A stretch of 64,000 bases of DNA, taken from the NCBI RefSeq assembly GCF_009914755.1, contig NC_060933.1; one strand, written 5' to 3'. The position numbers and the translations under genes were made by a program. This document shows, one piece after another, positions 40,640-54,380 of this stretch. Under the pieces are notes generated by a model. That model was not told where the DNA came from. It saw nothing but the letters and a program-made list of their open reading frames with translations, and searched no databases. Each line of letters starts with the position of its first letter. Within the stretch, counting starts at the first letter, position 1. The stretch is from the human T2T-CHM13v2.0 reference genome, Homo sapiens.

Positions 40640-43600
40640 TAAACTCCATCCTACAGTTAGAACTTTTCATTTCCATGTTCAAGCATTTCTTCTCACACAC
40701 AGAAAACCTACTTAATATAAAAGTGGGTTCTTATAAAAACAAAAGTTTGAGCATCCCTGCTGTACACCCTTAGGCTTTTGCACAAAAATGGGTTCAGGCT
40801 TCTTTCATCCAGATCTTGAACTAAGCAACCCATAAAAACACAGAGCTGTGCTCTGTGTCACCAGGTACATTAGAAACTTCAGTCCAACAACCAAAGATAA
40901 ATGGAAGCAGTTTAGGTCTTTAATGCAGTCTAGGGATGACAGACAATGTTCCCATTCAGTACACCTAGAAAGAATACCTGAAAGAAATGTGACCTTACAG
41001 GTCCCTGACTGCTCAGCACCCCTCCCCTAAAACCTCTCTCCTCCTCCCTCCCCTCCAGCACCCTTCCCGGCCTGTCCAGGAAGAGCAACTCCCAACCCAG
41101 CTGCGCCAGCTTGTGCAGATCACATCTGCTTCTCTTGTCACCTGTCCTGGATTCTGGACAACAGAGGCGGGCCAAGAAGCAAGTGGAAATCCTGCCTTTT
41201 CTTGCAGCGGGGATCTCAGTAGACTGCAAACACTGACAAGTTATCTTTCACGCATGCCTCAGTTTCCTTCCAGCTTTTTGTGCTGTTCCTTCTACAGCAA
41301 GAATTGCTTTGCTGAATGCTCTCCTGGGGAAAATAATTTAATTGTTTCAATTGTGCCAATTATGTACTTAAGGGTCAATGTTTGTTTCCTATAACATAGC
41401 AGCTTAACTAATTAAAAAGATTAATCTTGGGTAGAAAAGAGCCTGTATTTACGCAAATTACATGAAGCAATGACTTGCACACAGGGACAAGAGTGTCCTG
41501 CCCTGCAAAGGCTTACTGAGGCTGCGTGGAGTCCAGGGTGCCCTAACTGTACATTACCACCCTCGGGGGCATCTAGAACCCAAGATGACCACAGCAGAGC
41601 CTTGAGGTGCGGCAGGATGCCAGAACTTTCCACAGCTCCCCAGAGGACCCCAGCAAGTGGTGGGGGCCGAGACTAGAATATATGGCCTTTGGTTGGTGAT
41701 CAGAGCCTTTTTTCTTCCCAAAGGGAATTTTCTAGAGGGGAATTTAGGCCAAATCAAACCCTCACATCCCTTTCACTCACAGATGCTAACAAATAGTAAC
41801 AAACCAGAGGAAAAAGGAATCTTATTTGGGAAGAGTCCTCAAAAAGTATGCTTTTTTTTCTCCCTCACCGAAGTGGTCCTCAACTTTAACTACTTCTGGA
41901 CTTAGCCTGGGAGCATGAAGAAATCAGCAGGCCTGGGACTCCGCCCCAGAGGCCCTCAATTAAAGAGTTTAGGTGAGGCCCGGGCCTTCTTAAGTGATCT
42001 CCTCTGCAAAACCACAGCTTCCGCACCTTCACACTGACCCAGGGATGAAGGCATGCCTGGAGGCCGAGCTGATTCTAATGGCTCCACTGCCCCTTGGACT
42101 ATTAGGATGGTCAAAGTGCCTGCATGTCACCCAGTATGATGTGACCTGATGGTAGGAACCATGCGTAGCCTGGGTTCATCTCAGGCAGGGTCATGGACTC
42201 ACTCAGCATATTACAGTTGCTGTTCTCAATCCACCAGCCGCCCTCTCTGGTTAGCCGATTTGGGGTATCCTGCCTTAGGTGGCTGGGCTCTGCCTCATTA
42301 CTTCCCCCCATCTCCTCCCTCATGGATGTCAATTCCAGGGACTCTGTGGTTATTGGTGCCCTATCACCACCGCGTGCATTTTAGGGTCTGGGGGTAACTT
42401 GTCACCTGATTTGGCTCTCCATTATTGGCCATGGGTTTTTGGTGTTGCTCTCTAGGTGCTCAGTTTTTCACTGTGTGTGTTGGAGGAGCATCCTGAGCAG
42501 AGCAGATCCCGACTTGGACAGAAACCTTCTTGGTTTCTCGGAGGAGTCTCCTCTGTGAGTCTTCCAGAGCCCGCCCTGAACCACATGACTGGGAGCTCAT
42601 CGGGCACCTCTCCTGGGAAAAAAAAATGCTAAGTCACTAAGCAAAAGGTCAAGTTGTTTTCAGAAAATGTTTTTTAAAAAGAGAAGGAAAATTATGATAT
42701 GGCTTATAAACATTTGTTTCAAAAATTCTTATTTCTAAATGAAATTTAATGCCACTTGGAACTTTATGCAGAATAACTCGGTCTTCGATAAATCTGAATA
42801 AATGTACATATGTAAGTATATATGTGTCTCTGGCTTTCTGTAACTCAAATTCAGGGTTTAAGGTTTGCATTTTTTGAGAATGTTGCAAACATACCTCAGA
42901 AATATTTCAGGTTTGGTTCTAGATAACCGCAATAAAGCAAATATCAGAATATGGCTAGTTACACTAATATTTTGGTTTTCCAATGCATACAAACATTATG
43001 TTTATAGTGTTCTATAGTCTATTAAGCATGCAATAGCATTATGTCTTAAAAAAATGTACATACCTTAATTTAAAAATACTTTATTTCTAAAAAATGCTAA
43101 TGATCATCTGAGCCTTCAGCGAGCCATAATCTTGTTGCTAATGGAGGGTCTTGCTTTGATGTTGATGATTGCTGAAGGCTGGGGTGGCTGTGGCAATTTC
43201 TCAAAATAAGACAACAGTGAACTTTGTCATATTGATTGACTTTTCCTTTCACAAAAGACTTCTCCATAGAATGTGATGCTGTTTGACAGCATTATACCCA
43301 CAGTAGAACTTCTTTCAAATTGGAGTCAGTCCTCTCAAACCCTGCTGCTGCTTTATCAACTACATTTATGTAATATTCTAAGTCCTTTGTTGTCACTTCA
43401 ACAACGTTCACAGCATCTTCACCAGGAGTAGAATCCATTTCAAGAAGCCATTTTCTTTGCTCATCCATAAGAAGCAACTCCTCATCCATTCAAGTTTGAT
43501 CATGAGATTGCGGCAATTCAGTCACATCTTGAGGCACCACTTCTAATTCTAGTTCTCTTGCTGTTTCCACCACATGTGCGGTGACTTCTTCCACTGAAGT

Positions 43601-43812
43601 GTTAAACCTTTCAAAGTCATTTGTGAGGGTTGGAACCAACTTCTTCCAAACTTCTGAGAATATCAATATCTTGACCACCTTTCATGAATCGCAAATGTTC
43701 TTAATGGCATCTAAAATGGTTAATCCCTTCCAGAAGGTTTTCAATTTACTTGGCCCAGATACATCAGAGGAATCACTATCTATGACAGCTGTGGCCTTAC
43801 CTAATGCTTTTC

Positions 43813-44119
43813 TTTTTTTCTTTTTTTTTTTTTTTTTTGAGACGGAGTCTCACTCTGTTGCCCAGGCTGGAGTGCAGTGGCACCATCTCGGCTCACTGAA
43901 AGCTCTGCCTCCCAGGTTCACGCCATTCTCTTGCCCCAGTCTCCCAAGTAGCTGGGACTACAGTCACCCGCCACCATGCCCGGCTAATTTTTTGTATATT
44001 TAGTAGAGACGGGGTTTCAGCATGTTGGCCAGGATGGTCTCGATCTCCTGACCTCGTGATCCACCCACCTGAGCCTCTCAAAGTGCTGGGATTACAGGCG
44101 AGAGCCACCACACCCGGCC
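43813..44119 (-). mobile_element. AluY/Sc-type
   Basis: AAGCTCTGCC, CACGCCATTCTC; TSD CCTAATGC(T/A)TTTCTT. Confidence 0.93.
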
Positions 44120-44198
44120 AGCCTAATGCATTTCTTAAACAATAAGACTTGAAAGTTGAAATTATTTCTTGATCCGTGGGCTGCAGAATGGTGGTTTT

Positions 44199-46469
44199 GC
44201 AAACTAGGCATTGAAGGAACATACCTCAAAATAACATGGGCAAACATTATAAGAAAGAATGATGTTGTAGCAAAAGAAACTATCAACAGAGTAAACAGAC
44301 GACATACAAAATGGAATAAAAAATAATAACAGCCAACATTGTACTGAATGGGCAAAAGCTGGAAACATTCTTATCAAGAATTGGAACAAGACAAAGATGT
44401 CCACTTTCACCACTCCTATTCAACATAGTGCTGGAACTTCTGGCCAGAGCAATCAGACAAGAGAAAGAAATAAAAGGCATCCAAATAGGAAGAGAGAAAG
44501 TCAAACTATCTCTCTTTGGAGACAATATAATTCTATACCCAGAAAACCCCATAGTCTCTGCCCAAAGGCTCCTAAATCTGATTTTAAAACTTCAGCAAAG
44601 TTTCAGGATACAAAAGCAATGTCCAAAAGCCAGTAGCATTTATATACGCCAATAACATCCAAGCTGAGAGCTAAATCGAGGACACAATCCCATTTACAAT
44701 GGCCATAAAAAGAATAAAATACCTATGTATTTTATTTCTGATACCTAGCCAATCAGAGAGGTGAAAGATTTCTACAATGAGCATCACAAAACACTGCTGA
44801 AAGAAATCAAAGATGACACAAACAAATGGAAAAGCATTCCATGCTCATCGATAGAAACAATCAATATTGTTAAAACGGCCATTCTGCCTAAAGCAATTTA
44901 CTGACTCAATTCTATTCCTATCACACTACCAACGATGCTTTTTTCACAGAATTAGGAAAAAACTATTCTAAAATTCATTTGGAACCAAAAAAGAGCCCAA
45001 ATAGCCAGACCGATCCTAAGCAAAAAGAACAAAGCTGGAGGCATCACACTACTCAACTTCAAACTATACTACAAGGCTGCAGTAACTAAAGCAGCATGCT
45101 ACTAGTAAAGAAACAGATACATAGACCAATGAAACAGGTTAGACCGCCCAGAAATAAAGCCCCACACTTATAACCATCTGATCTTCAACAAAGTTGATAA
45201 CAACAAGCACTGGGGAAAGGACTCCTTATTCAATAAATGATGCTGGGATAACTGGTTAGTCATATGCAGAAGATTGAAACTAGAGTCCTACCTTTCACTA
45301 TATATCAAAATCAACTCATGATGGATTAAAGACTTAAATGTAAAATTGAAAACTATAAAAACCCTACAAGAAAACCTATTAAATACAATTCTGGTCATCA
45401 ACCCTGATAAAAACTTCATGATGAAGATTCTAAAAGCAATTGCAACAACAACAACAAAAAATTAACAAGTAGGACCTAATTAAACTAAAGAGTTTCTGCA
45501 CAGCAAAGGAAACCATCAACAGGGAAAACAGGCAACCTACAGAATGGGGAAAAAATATTTGCAAACTATGCATCCAACAAATATCTAATAACCAGAATCT
45601 ATAAGGTACTTAAACAAATTAATAAGCAAAAAAAGTGGGCAAAGGATATGAACAGACACTTCTCAAAAGAAGAATACACATGGCTAACAAGCATATGAAA
45701 AAAAATGCCCAATATCAATAATCATTAGGGAAATGCAAATCAAAACCACAATGAGATACCATCTCATAGCAGTCAGAATGGCTGTTCTTAAAAGTCAAAC
45801 AATAACAGATACTGGCAAGGTTGTAGAAAAAAAGGAATACATACACTGTTGGTGGGAATGTAAATTAGTTCAGCCACTGTGGAAAGCAGTGTGGAGATTT
45901 CTCAAATAACTTAGAATTATCATTCAACCCAGCAATCCCATTACTGAGTATATACCCAAAGGAATATAAATCATTCTACCATAAAGACACATGCACACAT
46001 ACATTCATCATAGCACTGTTCACAATAGCAAAGACATGGCACTAACCCAGGTGCCCATCAGTGGTAGAATGGATAAACAAAATGTGGTACATTTACACCA
46101 TGGAATACTATGCAGCCATAAAAAAGAATGAAATCATGTCTTTAGCAGCAACATGGATGTAGCTAGAGGCCATCATCCTAAGCAAGTTAATTCAGGAACA
46201 GAAAACCAAATACTGCATGTTCTCACTTATAAGTGGGAGCTAAACATTGAGCACACATTGACACAAAGAAGGGAACAATAGATACCAGGGCCTACTTGAA
46301 GGAAGAGGGTGGGAGGAGGGTAAGGATTAAAAAACTACCTATTGGCTATTCTGATGATTACCTGGGTGACAAAATTATCTGTACACCAAACCCCTGTGAC
46401 ATGCAATTTACCCATGTAATAAACCTGCACATGTACCCCTTGAACCTAAAAGCTGGAAAGAAGAAAAAA
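44199..46469 (+). mobile_element. 5'-truncated L1PA (about PA15-16) ORF2 3' part + 3'UTR
   Basis: RT homology [28 protein letters not shown]; 3' end AAACCTGCACATGTACCCC; TSD AGAATG(G/A)TGGTT. Confidence 0.9.
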
Positions 46470-48464
46470 GAATGATGGTTGTATTAGCAGGCATGAAAAC
46501 ATTAATCTCCTTGTTACTCCCTATGAGAGCTCTTGGGTGACTGGGTTCACTGTCAATGAGTGGTAATATTTTGAAAGAACTTTTTTTTTTTCTAAGCAGT
46601 AGGTCTCAACAGTGGGTTTAAAATATTCAGTTAACCATGGTGTAAACCAGATATGCAGCCGTCCAGGTGTCGTTGTTCCATTTACAGAGCACAGGCAGAG
46701 TTGATTTAGCAGAGTTCTTAACTGCCCTGGGACTTTGGAAATAGTAAATGAGTGTTGGCTTCAACTTAAAGTCACCACCTGCATTAGTTCCTAACAAGAG
46801 AGTCAGCCTGTCCTTTGAAGCTTTGAAGCCGGGCATTGACTTCTCCTCTCTAGCTAAGAAGGTCCTAGATGGCATCTTCTTACAATGGAAGGCTGTTTTG
46901 TCTACACTGAAAATCTGTTGTCTAGAACTGCCACCTTCATCAATAATCCTAGCTAGATCTTTTGGATAATTTGCTGCAGCTTCTACATCAGCACTTGCTA
47001 CCTCACCTTGCACTTTTATGTTATGAAGATGGCTTCTTTCCTTAATCCTCAAGAACCAACATTTGCTAGCCTCCAACTTTTCTTCTGCAGCTTCCTTACC
47101 TCCTTCAGGCTTCTAACTCTAGAATTAAAGAGAATTGGGGCCTTCCTCTGGATTAGGCTTTGGCTTAAGGGAATATTTTGCCTTGTTTGATCTTCTATCC
47201 AGGTCACTAAACCTTTCTCCACATCAGCAATAAGGCTCTTTCATTTTCTTATCATTTATGTGTTCACTGAAGTAGCACTTTAAATTTCCTTCAACAACTT
47301 TTTTTTTGCATTTACAATTTAGCTAACCATTTGGTGCAAGAGGCCTCACTTTCAGCCTATCTCAGTTTTAGACATGCCTTACTCACTAAGCTTAATCATT
47401 TCTAGCTTTGATTTAAAGTGAGAAATGGGGGACTCTTCCTTTTATTTGAGCATTTAGAGACCATTGTAGGGTTATTAATTGGCCTAGTTTTACTATTCCT
47501 TTGTCTCAGGAAATAAGGAGGTCTGAGGAGAAGGAAAGAGATGGGGGAATGGCCAGTGTGTGGAACAATCAGAACACACACTACGTATATTAAGTTCGCC
47601 ATCTTATACGGGTGCAGTTTGTGGTGCCTCCAAAACAATTATAACAGTGACTTCAAAGATCACTGATTACAGATCACCATAACAGATATAATAATGAAAA
47701 GGCTTGAAATACTGTGAGAATTACCAAGTGCCAAGTGTGGTGCAAAATGAGCATATGCTGTTGGAAAAATGGTGCTCATCAATAGACTTGCTTGATGCAG
47801 GGTTGCCACAAAACCAGCCTTCATAAAACATGCAATATCTACAAAGTGCAATAAAGCAGGGTATCCCTGTACTTATCGAGTATTAAATTATGTTGTGACT
47901 TCTTTCTTTCCTTGACTGTCCGTCGGGCCAGAGCCAGATTTTGGATTCATGCGTGTGCAGGCTGCTCAGTGTCCATGCTTGTCACGGGTGTTGGCATTGG
48001 AATCAGAGGCAGCATCTGCTCTGTCCTAGCTCACAGGCTTCCTCTGGCAGAGCACAGGGACCAGGGCTCCAGGTTAGGCTGCAGGTCAGGAACGAGTTAG
48101 TTCAGAATGAAGGCAGGTACTGTGTTTCATTTTGGTTTTATTCTGTTATGATTTCCTTGCTTCTCTTTCCTGGTGAGGCTTCATCTTACCTGTCCTTGGC
48201 CAGTCCTTCCCCAGATCTTTCTGGTAATGAGCTTTGTTAGCTCAATTAAATAATGCCACATTCCCACAAAAGCTCCGTGAGTGACAAAGGATTGGCTCCA
48301 AGCATCCAATTGCCAAGCCTCACATGGCTTCCTGAGTATCAGGTGACCTACATCCTTCCTGCATTTCTGAAAAGTCATCAGTTAAAATAACTCTGGAGCT
48401 CCAGGAAGACTGGGCAGCTGGTATAGCCCTTTGCAAAGGTGAAAGCCCTAAAATCACACATGAC

Positions 48465-48518
48465 AGCTGGTCAAGGTGTCCCCAAGAGCTGGTCAAGGTG
48501 TCCCCAAGAGCTGGTCAA
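48465..48518. repeat. Perfect 22-bp tandem repeat, about 2.5 copies (AGCTGGTCAAGGTGTCCCCAAG)
   Basis: Direct reading. Confidence 0.95.
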
Positions 48519-50135
48519 ACACAAACTAGACCAAGGGTGTCTGCACATCAGAAAAGCTCCACTTAGAAAACAAGGAATAAAAACAACACGGGAGAATAAG
48601 GTATATATGTGGCTCACGTTACATTTCCCTTGGATAGCGCCGCTCTTGCGGCAGACTTGCCAGGTGCCAAGCTCTCTCCCCTCCCCTCCCTGTGTGTTTC
48701 ATGAGCTATTTCCCACTGGTACATCCTCCTCTTTACTCTCTGGCACAGCCAATCCTGCAGCTTCCCAAAAGTCCAGCCCAGTCTTCTCCATTCAAGCCAA
48801 ATTGAGTCCTGCCAAGCTTTGTTCTCTGATAACTCACTCAAGTCTGGGGACCGACGTATATCTCCTAGATGTGACCCTGCCTCAGGTTTATAACATCATT
48901 GAATCGGCCAAAATGAAGTTAAGAACCTTGGCTTCCATTGGCCTCTTCCTCCAAAGAACCCAGATTCTGTGCAATGATAAACCAGGCAACTGATAGGTAC
49001 ACAGCTTGGTGGCTTCTGCAGAGCCTCCTGCACTTGTAAACATTCATCATTCAAACCCTGGGCAATGTTAAAACAGCATCACATCACACAGTGCATTTCC
49101 CATTTCAAAGCCTCTGAAAATGACAGGAAGATGGTTCCCAGAGCACCCTCAGAGCCCCCTCCCAGAGACCACAACAACTGGTTACCAGAAAGAACACAGG
49201 TTATGTCTCTCGTTCCCACAACTTATGATACCAGCGCACAGATATCAGATGTGTAAAAGCCTGACCCACAGCTTCCTTACAATATAAACACATCATTTCT
49301 ACCCTATTTCTTTTCTTGGACTGGTGTCTGATGGGGAGAACCTACACTTCCACCACCAATAGGGAGGATTAGTTTTCTGTTTCTTTTTTTGGTCTGCGAT
49401 GTTACTTATTTCTTAATTAGCATTTGTGCTGACATTTCTCCTGCTATCTTAGAGCCTAGAAATGACTTATTTGGGGAAAGCTTAAAAAGGTATTCATTCA
49501 GCCTTTCTTTCCCCAGTGGGAAATGCGATAGAGGAGAAAAACAATTGGATGCCCTTCACTCACTCAAAATCTTCAAGAATTTAAACCATCTCCACCAGCA
49601 TGAAAAGTACTCAACAGTAAGGGGCATGGTAAGGAAGAAAACGGATCTAAATACATACGACTCCGTACAGAAGGGATGAGGGTTCTGTAGGGCAGATACA
49701 CACAGATACTCAAATATAGACTTCAGCATAAATAGATACTTCATTTAAATACATTCGGCCAACAGACATATGTGGAATTATGGGGCACCACTATTTGAAA
49801 CTCACAATGGCACCAAGGCTGGCTCTGACCACCATCTCTACCTTTCCCATCCAAGAGCTGCTTCAGGTGGAGAGAGGTGAGGCAGAGAAAACTGATCATG
49901 ATGACACAGCTGCTGCTGGTAATGCTTGTTATGAACACACCAAGCCCTGTGCTGAGTGCCTGGCATTAATGGTTCATTTAACCCCACCATCCTTGTGAGT
50001 TGGGTGTGACGCCAGGTGGACAAATGAAGGTGGGAAGGTACAAAGGGGCCATGCAATATGCCCAAGGTCAATGATAGGGCTGAGATCTAGACCCAGCTTC
50101 ATGCAGCTCTCTGCATATGTGCTAACCATGGAGTG

Positions 50136-50462
50136 CAGTTGGCCCTCCAAATCTGGAATCAGCATCCCTGGATTCAACCAACTGTGAATAAGAAATATTA
50201 CAAAAAAAAAAAAAAGATGGTTGCATCTGTACTGAACATGTACAGGCTTTTTTCTCATCATTATTCCCTAAACAATGTAACACAACAACTATTTACATAG
50301 CGTTAGGTATTATACGTAGTCCAGAGATGATTTAAAGTATAACGGAGTATGTGCATAGGGTGTATGCAAACGGGGACTTGAACATCTGTGGATTTTGGTA
50401 TCCATGGGGTTGAGAGTGGGAGGTCCTAGAAACAATCCTGTTTGGATACAGAGGGATGACTA
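50136..50462. mobile_element. MER2
   Basis: Homologous to 33581-33926. Confidence 0.88.
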
Positions 50463-50879
50463 TATATTTCCTTTCAAGAGAAAACCAAGAAGGAAATTAT
50501 TCATTTGTTCATTCTTTCATTCATCCATTTCCTTTGCAAGTGTTCACTGAATGTACAATGGAGGAGACTCCCTATTGATCTCTGATAAAACATTAACTGT
50601 AGAGCCCTTTGTGGGCCTTCTTGGAAAACAAAGTGGTCAATGATGATTCCTACACCCAGTCAACCCCGCACACCCCTGGAGAAACTCAGAACCCTCCAGC
50701 CTCCTTTTCTTCTCTCTAGAATTAAAGAGCTACCTGTTCCTGGGAAGACTATTTACCATCTGAACAGCATCAGGACATTGGGGTAACCAAGATAGGTTTT
50801 AATCAAGCACAAAGCCAATTTTCCTCTGCAGAGAATAACACAGAAGCTCCAAATCATTGAGCAAGGATGCGGTAAAAAC

Positions 50880-51090
50880 CTTAATAATAAGAACTGACAT
50901 TTGTTGAAGATTTACTTTTTGTCAGGCACTGAGCATATTTAATTTTCAGAACTCTATACAATAGGGACTGTCATTATTGCCTGGTTTACAGCTGAGGAAA
51001 TTAGGGCTAAGAGCGTTAACCTGCCTGGGTCACACAAACAAACGCCAGTGTTTGAACATAGGTCTTTCTGATTGAATCCACGCTCAGCAT
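50880..51090 (-). mobile_element. MIR
   Basis: TTTACAGCTGAGGAAATTAGGGCT..GTTAACCTGCCTGGGTCACACA. Confidence 0.65.
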
Positions 51091-51192
51091 CAATGCTAGA
51101 CACACATTCCCAAAGTCTGAAGTGCTGCACAGAGAGGCCGAAGCGATGATGGCCCCATGCAACACGAGTCATGGAATGGTGCTATTATTTCT

Positions 51193-51669
51193 TTTTTTTT
51201 TTTAATTATACTTTAAGTTCTGGGATACATGTGCAGAACATGCAGGTTTGACAAATGGGATCTAATTAAACTAAAGAGCTTCTGCACAGCAAAAGAAACT
51301 ATCATCAGAGTGAACAGGCAACCTACAGAATGGGAAAAAATGTTTTGCAATCTACCCATCTGACAAAGGGCTAATATCCAGAATCTACAAGGAACTTAAA
51401 TTTACAAGAGAAAAATGAACAACCCCATCAAAAAGTGGGCAAAGGATATGAACAGACACATCTCAAAAGAAGACATTTATGCAGCCAACAAACATATGAA
51501 AAAAAGCTCATCATCACTGGTCATTAGAGAAATGCAAATCAAAACCACAATGAGATACCATCTCACACCAATTAGAATGGTGATCATTAGAAAGTCAGGA
51601 AACAACAGATGCTGGAGAGGATGTGGAGAAATAGGAACGCTTTTACACTGCTGGTAGGAGTACAAATTG
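51193..51669 (-). mobile_element. L1PA6/7-type insertion with 5' inversion
   Basis: Poly-T plus about 47 bp of reverse 3' end, then about 420 bp ORF2 C-terminal segment on +; TSD-like CTATTATTT. Confidence 0.9.
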
Positions 51670-52752
51670 GCTCTATTATTTCTAAGCCACAGGCTGTGAC
51701 CTGCTTACTTCAATGCATATTAAATGCCTGGACTATTTAGAACTATCAAAAAATAGTGCAAAAATTTCAGCCTATTATCTTAACAATGCAAACCTAGAGT
51801 CCTCATCCAAGACTCATTTATGTTGTTTCCATAGTAAATATTATTTTCTGCTACAAAGGGCTCCACCAGAAAAGAGAAGGCACATAGTCATGTCAACACC
51901 CTCCCCTGATGCAGTGGCTCACCTCCCTGATCCATTCCAGAAAACTGAAAGTTCATCTCCTAGGTGATCCAGGTTTTGAAAGGAGACGATGGGGAGGGGG
52001 ACTCAGGCTGGGGTTAAATCCTGAGGTGGCACCAAGAGAGACTGAATTTCAAATGTCACCTGTAGGAGATGTCCCCAGTTAGAGAAAGCAGGGAGTGTGA
52101 GGCTGGTGTCTGCATCTTTTCCCTTGTGCAATATCTAAATGCATTAGATGAGAGGAGCTTTTGAGAAAATGCTTCAGTTCATGATTTTGTACAACGTGCC
52201 CCTGACACTGTCTGTTAGGCTTTGAGGAGAGAGACAGACAAGAAGGAAATGCTCAAAAACATTAGCTGTGGCTGCTGCCTGCTGTTTTTCAGCTGGCAAA
52301 GAAACACACATTGGCTGTGTGCCTGGCAGACCAGGTCCTGGGATACTGGTTTGGAGTATCAATTCTTGGAAATCCTGCTCCAAGAAGCCACGAGTTCAAC
52401 AGGAACTTTGCTCACCCTTCACCCTGAAGCCAGGCTTCTCTGGGCATGGAAGGAATCTGTCTCTCACTCAGTCCTGGGGCAGCCAGCATTAACCTCCTGT
52501 GTCATTGGAAACATATTTAGGAGAGGGGTCGAAGAGGGAGACAGTATGGAGGGAACCAAGGGGTGGAAGGACACCTTATGGCCAGGCCCCTTCTTCATCA
52601 GTAGGAGACTAGGGACTGCAGGTGAAACCACAAGGGAGAAGAAAAGTGTGATTTCTCTAGTGAGCTCATTCTGCGCACCTTGCCTTCCCATTCTGCGCTT
52701 CACACCCATTGAGGATTTACACACAGAAAACTGGAAGACGAGGGAAGAGAGG

Positions 52753-53365
<613 letters not shown>

Positions 53366-53389
53366 AGCAGTGAAGCCCCATCCCGCTGG

Positions 53390-54380
53390 TCTGCACCGTG
53401 AGCTGGCCGCCCCTCCCCGTGTGTGCAGGGCAAACAGCTCCGGCCGTGGCCTGCGCTGGGAGTGTGAGCAGGAAGGAGGCGCGCTCATCCATCCAAGAGG
53501 CTTATCCCGCGAGCACAAGGGAGCCGGGGCCTGGGCCGCCGTGGGAAGGGGCTCCTGCCTTCCGGGGACGCGGTCAGGGAAGTCCAGCCGGGGTGCTCTC
53601 TGCACTGCGGGTGCCGGGCTCGGCAGAGGCCAACCCGGCAAAACGAGCAGGATCTCCCGGCCCCACCCTCGTGGGCTCCGCCTGCCCCAGCAGCCATCCT
53701 GCCATCCTCCCTGCGAGACAGGTGACTTTCCTCTCTGATGCGGTGCATCTGTCGTCTGTCTAACGGGCCCAGTCCCCAGTGAAACACCCCCAACCAAAGA
53801 CACGAAGGGGAAGGCGCAAGCTTCTACCAAGCTCAGTTTGCCCATCTGGTGCCCACCTGCCTCGTATTTGGTGACTTGGAGGAGAGGAAGGTCGTTTAGC
53901 CATTTTATCGTAGCTCTCTGAGCTTCCCAAGGGCCCTCCACGCCTCTCAGAGGGCAAGGCGTTGCCCTGCTTAGCCCGACTTCATCGTCTTCCCTTTCCA
54001 ACAGGCCGCTAAAAATGGCCTGCGAGTGTGGACGGCTCTGACGTTGCAAAACCGCGCAAGAAACAAGGGCCGCAGGTGCAGGCGGGGGCCGAGGCCCTCC
54101 CCAGCCAGAGCGGGCAGCCCTGTTGCTTCTTATTTAAATTCTTGTTTTCTATCCTATTTCGAGGTCCTCTCGGGGATTTGAGGAATGTGGAGACGTGCCA
54201 GAAGTGACACCGAGCACTGAGCGGTCAGGCTGGCCGGAGGCGGGGCGTTCAGGGACACGTGCCCCACGCGGGCGCGCCTGGGCCTTGGAACAGAGGCTGG
54301 GAGGGGTGAGGGCGAGGCTGGGGTGGCTGGAGAGGGCTGGCTGCGGGCTGGGCAGAGAAAGAGGCTTTGAGACTCCCGAG
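53390..54380. promoter_or_regulatory. CpG-island-like promoter
   Basis: Only non-repeat GC/CpG-dense kilobase in the window; GC box GAGGCGGGGC near 54237, E-box CACGTG 54256, YY1-like AAAATGGC near 54012, TGACGT near 54040. Confidence 0.75.

Larger units (their letters stand above)
42886..47869 (-). mobile_element. Near full-length Tigger1 DNA transposon with nested Alu and L1
   Basis: Degenerate TIRs CAAACATACCTC / GGGTATCCCTG+TA; transposase homology in ORFs 46627-47076 ([28 protein letters not shown]) and 43292-43678. Confidence 0.92.

Noticed and set aside
46627-47076. Possible domesticated TIGD1-like gene
   Set aside because: Part of a frameshifted Tigger1 interrupted by L1 and Alu
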